Notes under the pieces: model-generated
What the model was told of the DNA's origin: nothing
Databases searched by the model: none
Seen by the model: only the letters and a program-made list of their open reading frames with translations
Assembly: GCA_000708835.1 (NCBI GenBank)
Contig: DF237213.1
Span: 2,882 to 35,657, forward strand
Direction of reading: 5' to 3'
Source of the DNA: Klebsormidium nitens
Taxonomy: Eukaryota > Plantae > Klebsormidiophyceae
DNA: 32,776 bases
In this document: positions 22,033 through 32,776 of the stretch, one piece after another
Position numbering within the stretch: position 1 is the first letter of the stretch
Layout: the number at the start of each line of letters is the position of its first letter
Translations under genes and position numbers: made by a program

Positions 22033-22879
22033 TGAGGAAATGTTTAGCGAGCGCGTGTGGTGCGTCAGCGGAACTGAAGCCGTCCGATGCAGTGGTCCAA
22101 GCACGCAGGCCGTTCGATGGTCAACCAGTCTTTCCATTCTCGGACGCGGGGCAACTTCTGTGGCCGTGTTAGGGACCGATGGTTTGCAAGTGTGAATGCT
22201 TCGCTCTCTTTCTACCGAGCTCCGGCCCAATAAATAGACCGAGCCATCCAACCGGCCGAAACATACCCAGAGGCTAGTTCTTATCTGCTACCTATGTATT
22301 GACTGCATCCTGGCTAAAGGCTACATCCTCACCGGTAGATCCTTTTTAACACCGACTGCTCTGTACTCCATTTTAGCGGTGACTGTTGCCATAATCATTG
22401 CCATTGCCAATGCCAGGCATCTTGCTGGCTAGGTATTGTGAATCCGTGAAAGCCTAAAGTTGGCGTTTGTTCAGATCGAGCGGCAACGATCCCAGTTGGC
22501 ATTGATCCTCATCATTAAACCAGGGCCAGGGCGTACCACCACAACTAAGGGCGTTCTTTTCAACCAACACCGCCCCCTAAAGATAGGGATATAAGCATAT
22601 AAGACTCTTAGTTACATGCTTGCTGCCGGCCATTGTTGGTGGTTGTGTCGTTCATTCGTCAAGATACTCTCCTTGAGAAGCCCGATCCCTCCCACAAGGC
22701 TTGCATACGGATTTTCTCGAAAGGGGGGAAAGGTGCATTTGAGGCAGGTTCCGGTCTGGCATTTGTTGCTGCCCAACTCCGCCGCGTGGGTGCGGTTCTT
22801 TTCTTGGCACCTCGAAGTGTCCACCCTCGCTTGGTGCAGCGAGGGACCATGAGGCTGGCCCAGCTGCTGCCCCTCCACC

Positions 22880-25800
22880 ATGTTGCCACGCTGCGTGGCC
22901 CTGCCTGCTGCCACCGCTGCTAGCCCCTGCTCCCTCTCACTCGCGTCCATTCCTCAGACCGTCCCTCGGCAGCTGGCCAGTCCCCCAGCCAGCAGCGCGC
23001 GTGCCAGGCCCTCAGCATTGTTCCTCCCGGCCGCTCCCCGGGGTGTTCTTGCTGCAGCTGGCTCTCCCGCAAGCGTGACCGAGGCGCCTGCCCTCCCCGC
23101 CCCCCCCCACCGCCTGCCCCGCATGGCGGCCCTGCCGGCGGTGGCGCCGAAGCCCCCGGTGGGCAGCCCCAGCCACACTGCGACGGAGGAGCTGTACGAG
23201 GCGAGCCAGAAGATCCTGGACCGGCTGCCCAAGAAGCAGGTGTACCTCTTCTACTGCACCGAGAACAAAGAGCTCGCGCAGCAGGTCGCCCGGGACGGCG
23301 AGAACATCGAGCTCCGCGAGATCGAGTGGAAGTGAGCAGCAAGGCCCCAGTGGCAGCCTTTCATCATACACTCTTGCGGCCAATGTGCCTGCTGATAGCT
23401 TCTTGCAGTGTTGGGTCCTTGCTGGATGGTGGCCTCGCTGAATGTTCCTCGGCTCGATCAATGACAAATTCCAGAGAAAGTAAGCAGACGAGTTACAGAG
23501 TAGAGTGGTACAAGTTGTACTTGAGTGTTTAATCTGCAGCGATGGGATCTCAGGAGTTCTGCACGGCACCAAAATTGTGCTGAGCCCCCTCTGCGGCTTC
23601 AAAGAAATCAATCTGCGTTCTTGGGGGAAGCCAGTTCCTCACTTTGGCTGCTGTGCGGTCCTGATTTGCAGGCGCTTTGCCGACGGCTTCCCCAACCTCT
23701 TTGTCCCTGGCGCGCACGACATTCGCAACCGGCACGTGGCATTCCTGGCGTCCTTCCACAGCCCCGCAGTCATCTTTGAGCAGATCAGCATCATCTACGC
23801 CCTGCCGCGCATGTTTGTCGCGTCATTCACGCTCGTGCTGCCCTTCTTCCCCACGGGCACCGCGGAGCGCATGGAGGACGAGGGCGACGTCGCCACTGCG
23901 TTCACGCTCTCGCGCATCCTGTCCAACATCCCCATCTCGCGCGGCGGGCCCACCTCCGTGGTCATCTTTGACATCCACGCCCTCCAGGTCAGGCCCCGCA
24001 GAGCAGGACCCCCACACGAGGCGGCCTGTGGCATCTTAAGCCATCTCGATTGACTGCGGTGGTGAGACAGGCAGGAAAGTAGCCACCGGCAGTGCTCTGC
24101 GTAGACGCTTTTGTTCACGAAAGGTGGATCTAGTACCAAGTTCTTGCCTCCGAGTCTACTGACATCGAAGGACTGTGCCCTGCAGATCCAGACAGGTCCA
24201 GTCCTCATTTATTTTCCGACCTAGAGTGTGCCCCAGAAGGCAGCCCTGCATGCCTGAATTTTGAATCAAGTGCTTCTAGGGCAAACTTCCGATTCCTCCT
24301 TTAAAAACCCTTGTGTGGGCCCTTCCGCCACGTGTTCGCCCGCAGTGTATGTGCACTGACCCCGCCGTGGTTGTATGTGCAGGAGCGCTTCTACTTTGGC
24401 GACAACGTGCTGCCCTGCTTTGAGAGTGGCATCCCCCTCCTCAAGGAGCGCCTGCGCCAGCTGCCCGACGCCGACAACGTGAGCCACCCCTCCCTTCCCG
24501 CGTCCTGGCCAGCGAGGCAACTTCCAGCGGACCATGCTGCCAACGCCCCATCGTCATGGACAGGCTGCGCCAAGAGCGCCTGTCATCCCAGGTACCCTGC
24601 TGTGCGGGTACGCTTGCTGGCTGTGCCTGACCCTGCTGCGTGCTGCTGCGGTGCAGGTGGTGGTGGCCTTCCCGGACGAGGGGGCCTGGAAGCGCTTCTA
24701 CAAGTCGCTGGGCGAGTACGAGACGGTGAGCGGGCCCCCGCCTTGCCTGGCCACTCCGCCTAGTCTGCCAGACAATACCGGCCTTGCCCCAAGTCGTGCA
24801 AGTGCCACAGATGTACCGCACAAGAGAGGGCGGCCCTTCATATCGCCTGGATCGATCAACAACGAAGTGTTGCTCGTCTGAGTCCATGCATACCTAGCTC
24901 TCTTTGCAGTGGGGAGGAAACGTGCTACCTACCCGAGGCGACCCTGGCGGTCTCTGGCGCTTCATTGGCAAATGTGGCTCGTCAGCCTTTTGCACCTTAC
25001 ATCTCTTCGAGTTCCAGCTCAACTCCGCCCTGCTGGAACAAGGTGGCGGGGCGAGTGGTCCGTGTTTTGCAACCGTTGTAGCCAGCGTGACACCCCGGCT
25101 CGGTGGACTGACCGCTTACTCACTTGGCACAGATCATCTGCACCAAAGTGCGCGATGGCGCCAAGCGCATTGTGCGGCTCAAGGAGGGCGAGCCGGAGGG
25201 GCGCCACGTGGTGATTGTCGACGACCTGGTGCAGTCGGGCAGCACGCTCATTGAGTGCCAGGTGTGCGCGCAGCCCTGGCTTGGGGCACACCCTCTCCCG
25301 ACGCCCTGGTTGAAGGTCATCTTCTGCCGTGCTGTGCGCTTTTGCCCTGGCCGCCTTGCATACCGAATTGCTGGTGTTGGTTGCGAGCGCCGGCTTGCAT
25401 GCCTGCCCGGCAACCCTGGGGCGCGGCCCGCTATGCCCGTTGTGACCCGGGCGTTGCTGCGGTGTGAGTGCAGAAGGTGCTGGGGGCGCTGGGCGCGTCG
25501 CGGGTGAGTGCCTACGTGACGCACGGCGTGTTCCCCAACAACAGCTGGGAACGCTTCCAGTGCGACAACGGAGGTGAGCGCCCCAGGCGGTTCCCCTTAG
25601 AAACCTGGTGGCGAGGCTAGAGATTTCACTTGCAGGCGTCTGTCCATGACCCCATCCGATGTGGTCCTCTCGGTGCAGCCGCCCATGCCGGCTCGACCCC
25701 TTTCTCTGTTTGACTGCCACACTCAATGCCCCCTGCGCGCACGGCCCTGGTCTGTGGTCCTGCCCGGCGCTGACCCCGGTGGCGGTGCGCGTGCAGAGGG

Positions 25801-25930
25801 CCCGCAGCACGGCTTTGCGCGCTTTTGGATCACGGACTCGTGCCCCCAGACGGTGGCTGCCGTCAAGGGGCGCGCGCCGTTTGAGATCCTGAGCCTGGCT
25901 GGGCCCATTGCCGCAGCGCTGCACATCTGA
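22880..25930 (+). CDS. PRS4: Class II (phosphate-independent) ribose-phosphate pyrophosphokinase, plant PRS3/PRS4 type, with an N-terminal transit-peptide-like extension. Exons: 22880-23331, 23672-23987, 24383-24478, 24657-24725, 25133-25261, 25474-25573, 25797-25930
   Basis: Motifs: [85 protein letters not shown], the PRPP-binding motif [14 protein letters not shown], and [11 protein letters not shown]. All junctions are phase-consistent. Confidence 0.96.
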
Positions 25931-27784
25931 GGGCCGCCGCAGGAGTGGGCAGCGGGCAGCGGGCAGGGCAAAGCAGCGCGACAGGTACGACAGAGAACGA
26001 AACTAGAACCCATTTGAAACCGCTTCTCAATATTGGTGTTGCCTCGGAGGGAGTCTGATTACATCACCTAGGGGGAGGAATCATTGTAGCAGTCTGGTAC
26101 TGTAAAGATATGGGGTACCGTTTGCAGGCTCTGGGAGATGCAAACTTATCGGAAAATGAAAATGAAAAGGTCGTTCTCCATCTAATAACGCAGTAGCTTG
26201 AAAGCTCATTAGGAAGTCACTGGATCCGGGAATTTACATTCGAAGTACTACGGTCGACAATCTACCTAGGTTTTTGAAATTGCAGGAAGGATGGTCTGTA
26301 AACCCTGTGTTTCTTATCGTCACAGCAGGCTTGAGGAAAATGTAGTCTGGTCACAGCATGATGCGAGCTCCATAGCCATACGCAAGCACTGACGAATCAG
26401 GGAATGATTGGGTATAACCTGGATCATTCCAACAACGCTATGGTTTCTGAGAAATTGAACCCATGTTGGATATGCGCTGCCTGACACGATCAGTGCAGCC
26501 CGACGGGCCCTAGCAAAAAGGGGCGGTATAAGTCCGGCAGCCACGGCGGCGCTCTGTCGACCTTTTGCAGACGAGCCAGCCCGGGCTTGATTTTTTGCCA
26601 ATCGACAAATTGGTATATCTGTGTCCGGCCAGCCCGCCCCGTCAGATCGAATGGAAGTCAGATCAGAATCATATCACTGTTGCCAGGTGCGGCACACAGT
26701 ACAACCTATGTGCGTCCGCTCCGGCATACACGGCGCTTCATGCAACCGAGTCTAGAGCCGCCTTAGTACACTATGATAGCTGGGTTCCACTGAGTATCTT
26801 ACTACCAAGTATAGCAATTAATGACCGAGTGCCACATGTTCGAAGTCCAAACGTATTCACTTTGAATATAGTATGTACTGTCCATGGTAAGTTTGCAAGA
26901 GGCGCAGTTCATGCGATTAGATTTGCATAATGATACGTATACCGTGTACCTGGCAGATCCGTGATCTGAATCGCATGTCTTAAAAATGGTCACTATATAT
27001 AATCGCCGGAGGCCAGACATGAATCTATAGCCACGGCCAACCAGATCAATTACCAAGTTTTAGTATTTACTAGGCCCAGCGTATACTATAACATGCGTAT
27101 ACGCGGTATATACCGCGTCCGCCTCACATGGCCTCCCAACAAGTTGAGTCCACTGATGATAGCTTGCTGCGACGATATATATACTAGTACAAATTTGATC
27201 GAAACTGAAAGCTTCCAGAGCTATACTATCTACATAGATATCGCACGGCAGCTAGAGCGACAAGCAAACGAACTCAAACAAGGTGCCTTGCATGCGCCGG
27301 GATGCCGCGTCCATCCGTCAGTGCTCCCAAAGTTGATCTTATGTTCAAACTTTGACGCGATTTTCATCAGGCCCGGACGCAACTTGTCCGGCCAACAAGA
27401 GTAGTACGACTTTCTAAGGACCATGCTGCAGCTTTCAATACACTGTCTTGGAAGAGTTTGATGATCGTCCAACCTAAGAATAACATACATTTACTATGTC
27501 TTGTTGGAAGACTCTGTGCAGCGCGGCCGCAGATTTCAAGCGACCGCCAGCTTTCGCATGAAATTCTAGCTCCATATGTTACCACCTATCTTGAGGACCG
27601 TGCACAATTCTCCAATTGGAAATCCTAGACTAGTCTAGAGTAGTCAACACATTAGGCTGCCTTTCTCACTCAACTCGATGCTCGCCAAACACAAGCAGCA
27701 AATGCTGTACCCGTTTACTTCTTCACGAGCAAAAATTCGACGCACTCATGGCCTCACGGCAGTATTTTACACAGGGGCCACGGA

Positions 27785-29074
27785 CTATCTCTCCCCTCTC
27801 TGCTCCGGCGTGAGGCCCTTGCCCTTGCTGCACGCGGGGCAGCTGATGAGGCCAAAGCCTTGGCAATCAAAGCACTTGTACCTCTCAAACATGTTGCCGT
27901 TCTTCTTGTTCTTCCCGGATCCCTGCACACAGGCGGATACGCGGGTTAAGCGATGGGGCCTGGTGAGACCGACCAGAAGCATTGTGTTGGGCGAACTTGA
28001 TGGATGGAAGCGAAGCTTGAGCAGGTGAGCCAGGTGCGGTGATAAGAGGGGCTCACTTTACAGCCGGGGCACTCCACGCTCCCTTTGTACCCACACTTGG
28101 CACAGCCCTGGCGGCCCCCACTGCCCTGCACCCCATTCGAATGACATTCAGATGGAGAGCAGAATCTTTGGTTGAAACAAAGATTGAAAGGGCACAAACA
28201 ACGTGAACTTGAAAGAGCCTTCTGAAGCTGCCCCCTGCATCTATGCAAAGCCAACGCAAAAGTCATGGACAGAACAAGGCCCTGGTGATTTTGGAATAAG
28301 CAGGCCTCGTCATGAACACAACTGAAGCCCCGAAATGATGTAGGATGCCAGAAGTCGAACTTTATTGGAGACCCAACAATACAATCCCGGCGAACTAGCC
28401 CTCAGTGCCACCCGTACAGCATTGCTGCTGGGCTGGCTCACTGCAGCGGCGCCTCGTGGGGCTCCCAAAGACCCAAAGGGTCGGCAACTCAGGGGAATAA
28501 AATACATCACAGTCCTCAGCTTGGGAATGAAAGGTGACTCGACAACTATCAAGGACGTTGCAAGGCGGCTTGGCTGTGCCTTTGACCAATGTATGAGCGA
28601 GGCACCTCCTTGCCATTAAATGAATGAAGAGAACGAGAGTTCTGAAAAACTCCGCTGGTCAACTCCACTGACATTTGTTAGTGGTGATGGGCATAGCTTC
28701 CTGCTCCTTCGTGAGTCCTGCAGGCATCGCCCCACAGCATGGCCCTCTGTGGGACTCACCTTGCTGGTCTTTCCACCAAACCCAAAGAGGTTAGCCTGCA
28801 CAGACCCCCTTCCATTCGGCCCCAGAGCAGGGTATAGCCTGCCCCAATTGTAGGTAGTTGTGAGAAGCTTTTGTGAGTAACTAAAGGGTTGCAGCCTAAT
28901 GTGAGAGTTCCCACCAATTACACCTTCTGGCCCGCCGAAGGGCAATGCCGGTATCTGCCCTCCTGCAACCCCGCATTGCACAACGGCTGGCTGGTGTGTC
29001 CAGCTGGCCACGCTGGTGGGCCCAGCAATGCACCCCGCAGGCATCTTGGCACACGAGCACAACGAGGGGCGCAT
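27785..29074 (-). CDS. DnaJ-type cysteine-rich zinc-finger protein lacking a J-domain (DnaJE1-like), probably plastid-targeted. Exons: 29074 (or 29044)-28760, 28125-28057, 27922-27785
   Basis: Four CxxCxGxG-type repeats (CAKCGYKG, CPGCKGSG, CFDCQGFG, CPACSKG), plus GKNKKNGNMFERYKC and a C-terminal GLTPEQRGER, as in a conserved plant DnaJ-like zinc-finger family. The N-terminal ~85 aa are poor in acidic residues and end in SVQA/NLFG, which fits a transit peptide. The start codon is uncertain. Confidence 0.85.
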
Positions 29075-29266
29075 GCAAGTTTAAACGTGCCGCACAAAGG
29101 GGCCAGATTTTGCCCCCAAACAAGCTGTGCCAGAATCAGGGAGCAGCTGGGGCCCCAATTGCGCTGTAGGGTAACGACCACCACAGCTGCTCAGATGCGT
29201 CGAAGTGGTGCACCGCCTTGAACCTTTCGCCTGTCCACAAAACACAGCTCAGGTGGTTGTAGACTA

Positions 29267-29459
29267 CCGTACCTGTATTTGATTTCGGCAGGTTCGACGC
29301 CGATTAATTAAATATGAAACTTTTAATCCTTTCGGCCGACCTAGCGTTACCGGCTAAAAACTACCGTTATCGACCATTATCGCTTCAAAATATTGTCCAG
29401 CGAAATTCGGCAGGGCAAGTAATTATGTATTTTTGGCCGAAATCATAATACAGGTACGG
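29267..29459. mobile_element. Non-autonomous 193-bp MITE, TA target-site duplication, Tc1/mariner (Tc2/pogo-like CCGTA termini)
   Basis: The left end reads TA-CCGTACCTGTATTTGATTTCGGC (29267-29289) and the right end reads GCCGAAATCATAATACAGGTACGG-TA (29436-29459). The 23/24-bp TIRs differ by one indel, and the interior is AT-rich and non-coding. Confidence 0.8.
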
Positions 29460-30086
29460 TATGTACATAGTAACATTGTAGGCCGCGCCGGCTCGATCAG
29501 GCGGCGGCGCGGCCGCAGCTCGCAGGCCCGGCCGGCCGCGATGTGCTGTTTGCAGAACTAGGGATGAGATCGTTCTGGAGGACTTCGTGGCAGTCCGTGT
29601 CTATAATGGTCCGACGTCCTCTCCAACGGCTGATAACGGTAAAGACTACTGCTACAACCGGTCCACAGTTGCAATACTGATTCTTTGCGAAAAGCTGCAA
29701 GAAACGGTTCTACTGAAGCGGAGAGACCGGTTTTTGCTCAGGCAATCCTGATACAAAACCATTACCGCGCCACCGTACGCATGATATGTACGTGCATCAT
29801 GTGCCGCACAACATCGCCGCATTGAACTTTCCAAGGCCATCAGGAAGCCACGTCCCTGAGTAATAGGGCGAGCCAGCAAGCTAGCTCAGCAAGGGAGTCG
29901 ATCGCTGTGGCTGCCAGAGCAGGCTTCTCGAAGTCCTCACATTTAGTTGCATTTTCTCGTCATACCACTAGATCTGCCAGCAGGGAGGAGCTTGGAAACC
30001 CACATTTTGCAGGGCCGTCGCACAAGCTCTCTGGGGACCAAGAGACGCTCTCAAAGTGACCCGCGACAGCTGCAGCAGGCGGCATC

Positions 30087-32485
30087 ATGGGGGAGGGCGC
30101 TGCGGGCGCAGATGCACAGGCTGTGTCTGTGAATTCGCTGACATTTGAGTACCCGGGGCAGGGCTGGGCCCTGGCGGACCTGTCGCTGCAGCTGCGCGCC
30201 GGCAGCCGCTGCCTGCTGATCGGGGCCAATGGGGCAGGTGAGCAGAGCAGCCAGGCACGCCTGCGAGAGCAGATCCAAGGCTCTGCTGACTGGCAATGTG
30301 CACTATTCAGATCAGCACAATGTGAAGCAAGGCGCACCAGTCTTGGCAACAGCTGTTGTTGCTTAGAGAGGCAAGTCAGTGTGCAAGATCCCTGCTTCCT
30401 GCACCTTTTGGAAGCAGGTGCAGCTGCTCCTCTGCTCATTATGGAGCTCTGGTCGCCAGGAGCTGGCCTGGCACTGGAAGAGATGACACTGTGGCAGCGA
30501 GCACGGCCGATAGATGCTGAGGAACTGGTTGGCTTGTGCGTCTCATTCCCTGCTCATAGATTGGGGCACGTCCCTGCCGCGTCTGCTTGCCCAGCCCCCC
30601 TCTCTGGCTGACCCCTGCTGTGCTGTTGCGTGCGCCCAGGCAAGACCACGCTGCTGCGCATCCTGGCGGGGCGCCACATGGTGGGCGGGGAGGACGTGGT
30701 GCGCATCCTGGGCCGCCCCGCCTTCCACGACCTGCAGCTCGTCTGCGGGGGGGACCTCGCCTACCTGGGCGGCTCCTGGACGCGCTCCGCCGGCTCCGCG
30801 GTGAGTGCCACCAACAGGGTCTCGGCCATTCAAGTTGGTGCCCGCACCCAACACATTTGCGCTTCTGCCCGGGCAGCGCGACTTGACGATCTTCGCAATA
30901 CCTCGGTTGGTCTCTTGATGAGGGCTTCTCTCAGCCGCCAGTGTGTTTGCCCACAAGGCCATAAGTTAGTTGGAACTTCTCTCACTCCTGCCGTCAGCGT
31001 GGCCTGAGCCGCGTCCACATTGGGGCACAGTGCTGAGGCCCGCTTCTGCTGCAGCCCGTCTGACGTTGGGCTGTCTCTGTGTGCGTGCCAGGGGGACATC
31101 CCGCTGCAGGGGGACTTCTCTGCGGAGCACATGCTCTTTGGAGGTGAGCCACCACACTGTTGCAGCGTGGTGCACCGGGTACACTGCGGCTGCAACGGAG
31201 AACACAAAGAACTAGCCGCTCGCTTGACGGGCAGCGTTCTTGTTGACCCTCTGGTCAAGTCGACCTTGTCCAGCCTGTGGCATGCTCCTCCATCGGATGG
31301 TCGTGCCCTGCCCCTGTCAGGCTTTCCTCTTAAGCCTCCGTCTGCCTCTTTCCCTCCTCGCAGTTGCCGATGTCGACCCTGCGCGGCGAGCAGCTTTGAT
31401 CGAGCTCCTGGACATTGACCTGAGCTGGCGCATGCACAAGGTGTCGGACGGGCAGCGCCGCCGCGTCCAGATCGCCATGGGCCTCCTGCGGCCCTTCAAG
31501 GTGAGGCTGCCTGCCTCCCCCTATAGCACTCACAGCTGGCCCTCAGGTTGGGGCCCAACCCCAAACTGACGACTGGCCAAGAGCAGTTGACTTGTTCATA
31601 GATTCTCAAGTCGAGGCTTCCGGGCCTCGGCCATAAGTGCGTTGAACTTCCGCTTTTTGAGTCTGATGTTACGGAAAAGCTGTGGCAGCATTGAGCACGG
31701 GCTGATGTGTCCCTGTGTTGCGTGCAGGTGCTGCTGCTGGACGAGGTGACGGTGGACCTGGACGTGGTGGCGCGCATGGACCTGCTCAACTTCTTCGTCC
31801 AGGAGTGCAACCAGGTGCGGGCTCCACGAGATCCGGGCAAACACTTGCTTGTTGAAACCAGAGAGATCTCTGCTGCTTGCGTCCACACTTTGCTCCTCGA
31901 ATGCAAACTCCGGCCCACATTTCGAACCGTACTCTCGTCCGATTCGGCTCAGGATCGCGCAGGGGTGGTTACGGGTCGGAAGCACGGTCATAGATTTGGG
32001 GTCATCAGAGTTGGGGCTTCACGAGCTCAAACTCTGGCCGTTTAACTTTCTCGGTCGTATTGCGCTCAAAGGAAGCTTTTTGGCTAATGGCCGGACCTTG
32101 CTGTCATGCCTGCGGCCCATTTCAAGAAAAGCAGTCCATCCAAGCGCGATTAACAAGCGTGGGCGCCGATGTGCAGAGGGGCGCGACGATCGTGTATGCG
32201 ACCCACATCTTCGACGGGCTGGAGGACTGGGCGACGCACGTGGCATATGTGGAGGAGGGGCGGATGCGCAAGTCGGAGGAGATTAGCTCCTTCAGTGAGC
32301 TGAGCGGGGGGAAGGCGACTCTGTTCGAAACCGTAGAAGACTGGCTGCGAAAGGAGCGGGCCGAGAAAGAACAGGCGGGAGGCAAAGCAAAGAAGGCGGT
32401 GCCCAGTCCGGCAAAGCCGCAGCCAGCTTCAACCTCACGATTCGATCGTTTCGGCTCCTCAAGACATATGGCTTACTATCGTTAG
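30087..32485 (+). CDS. ABCI21: Soluble ABC ATPase of the ABCI19/ABCI21 (CAF16-like) group. Exons: 30087-30237, 30640-30800, 31092-31143, 31364-31500, 31728-31814, 32177-32485
   Basis: Walker A GANGAGKTT, the group-specific signature [16 protein letters not shown], Walker [18 protein letters not shown]-loop YATHIFDGL and a C-terminal SSRHMAYYR. All junctions are phase-consistent. ABCI19 and ABCI21 orthology cannot be separated here. Confidence 0.95.
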
Positions 32486-32776
32486 ATCAGCATAAGGTAC
32501 TGCCTGTCGGCAATTCGTCAATCGCGGACAGTCGACGGTTTCCGGGGTTCGTTGGCCGCAACTTGATTGGCCAAACATATGGCCATTTCTAACGGGGCAA
32601 TCGAAGCAAAGAACCACTGTACAAATATAAAAAACAGAACTTGGACGCAATAGGCCCAACCGGTCTGATATCAAATAATTGGCCACAGTAGCGGCCGGCG
32701 GCGCCGCGGGGCGCCCGGCCGCCAGGGCACCGCGTGCTACTTATTCAATGCAGTGACGGTCGAGATGTCAATGTTT

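Noticed and set aside
26401-26430. Small hairpin GGAATGAT...ATCATTCC
   Set aside because: An 8-bp perfect stem is within chance expectation for a 33-kb window and far too short for a miRNA precursor.
26320-26930. ORFs 26320-26601 (-) and 26565-26930 (+) in the PRS/DnaJ-like gap
   Set aside because: They have non-ATG starts in the track, no recognisable domain, and I could not build a phase-consistent exon chain.
29245-29305. tRNA-like pieces: AGCTCAGGTGGTT (A-box-like) and GGTTCGACGCC (B-box-like)
   Set aside because: The T-arm does not pair beyond 2 bp and there is no acceptor or anticodon stem. The segment straddles the MITE boundary, so the resemblance is probably coincidental.

Overview
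This is a gene-dense, intron-rich eukaryotic window. Most exons are GC-rich, and introns are mostly about 80-600 nt with GTRAG/GTNCG donors and (T)GCAG acceptors. The gene set is plant-like and suggests a streptophyte green alga (e.g. Klebsormidiophyceae); this is an inference. I assembled eight genes by hand, using splice-phase consistency plus family motifs recalled from memory. They alternate strictly in strand: CBP60 (-, runs off the left edge), U2SURP/RRC1 (+), a cryptic 4-exon Mediator MED2/29/32-like gene that the ORF track does not show as one ORF (-), ESS2/DGCR14 (+), a TSO1/LIN54-type CXC protein (-), class II PRPP synthetase (+), a DnaJ-type zinc-finger protein (-) and an ABCI19/21-type ABC ATPase (+). 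Intergenic DNA holds two short TIR elements (a TTAA-flanked Kolobok-like one and a TA-flanked Tc1/mariner-like one), two micro-tandem repeats and several palindromes. I found no rRNA, tRNA, CRISPR or autonomous transposon. All exon models are manual predictions without transcript data or database searches.
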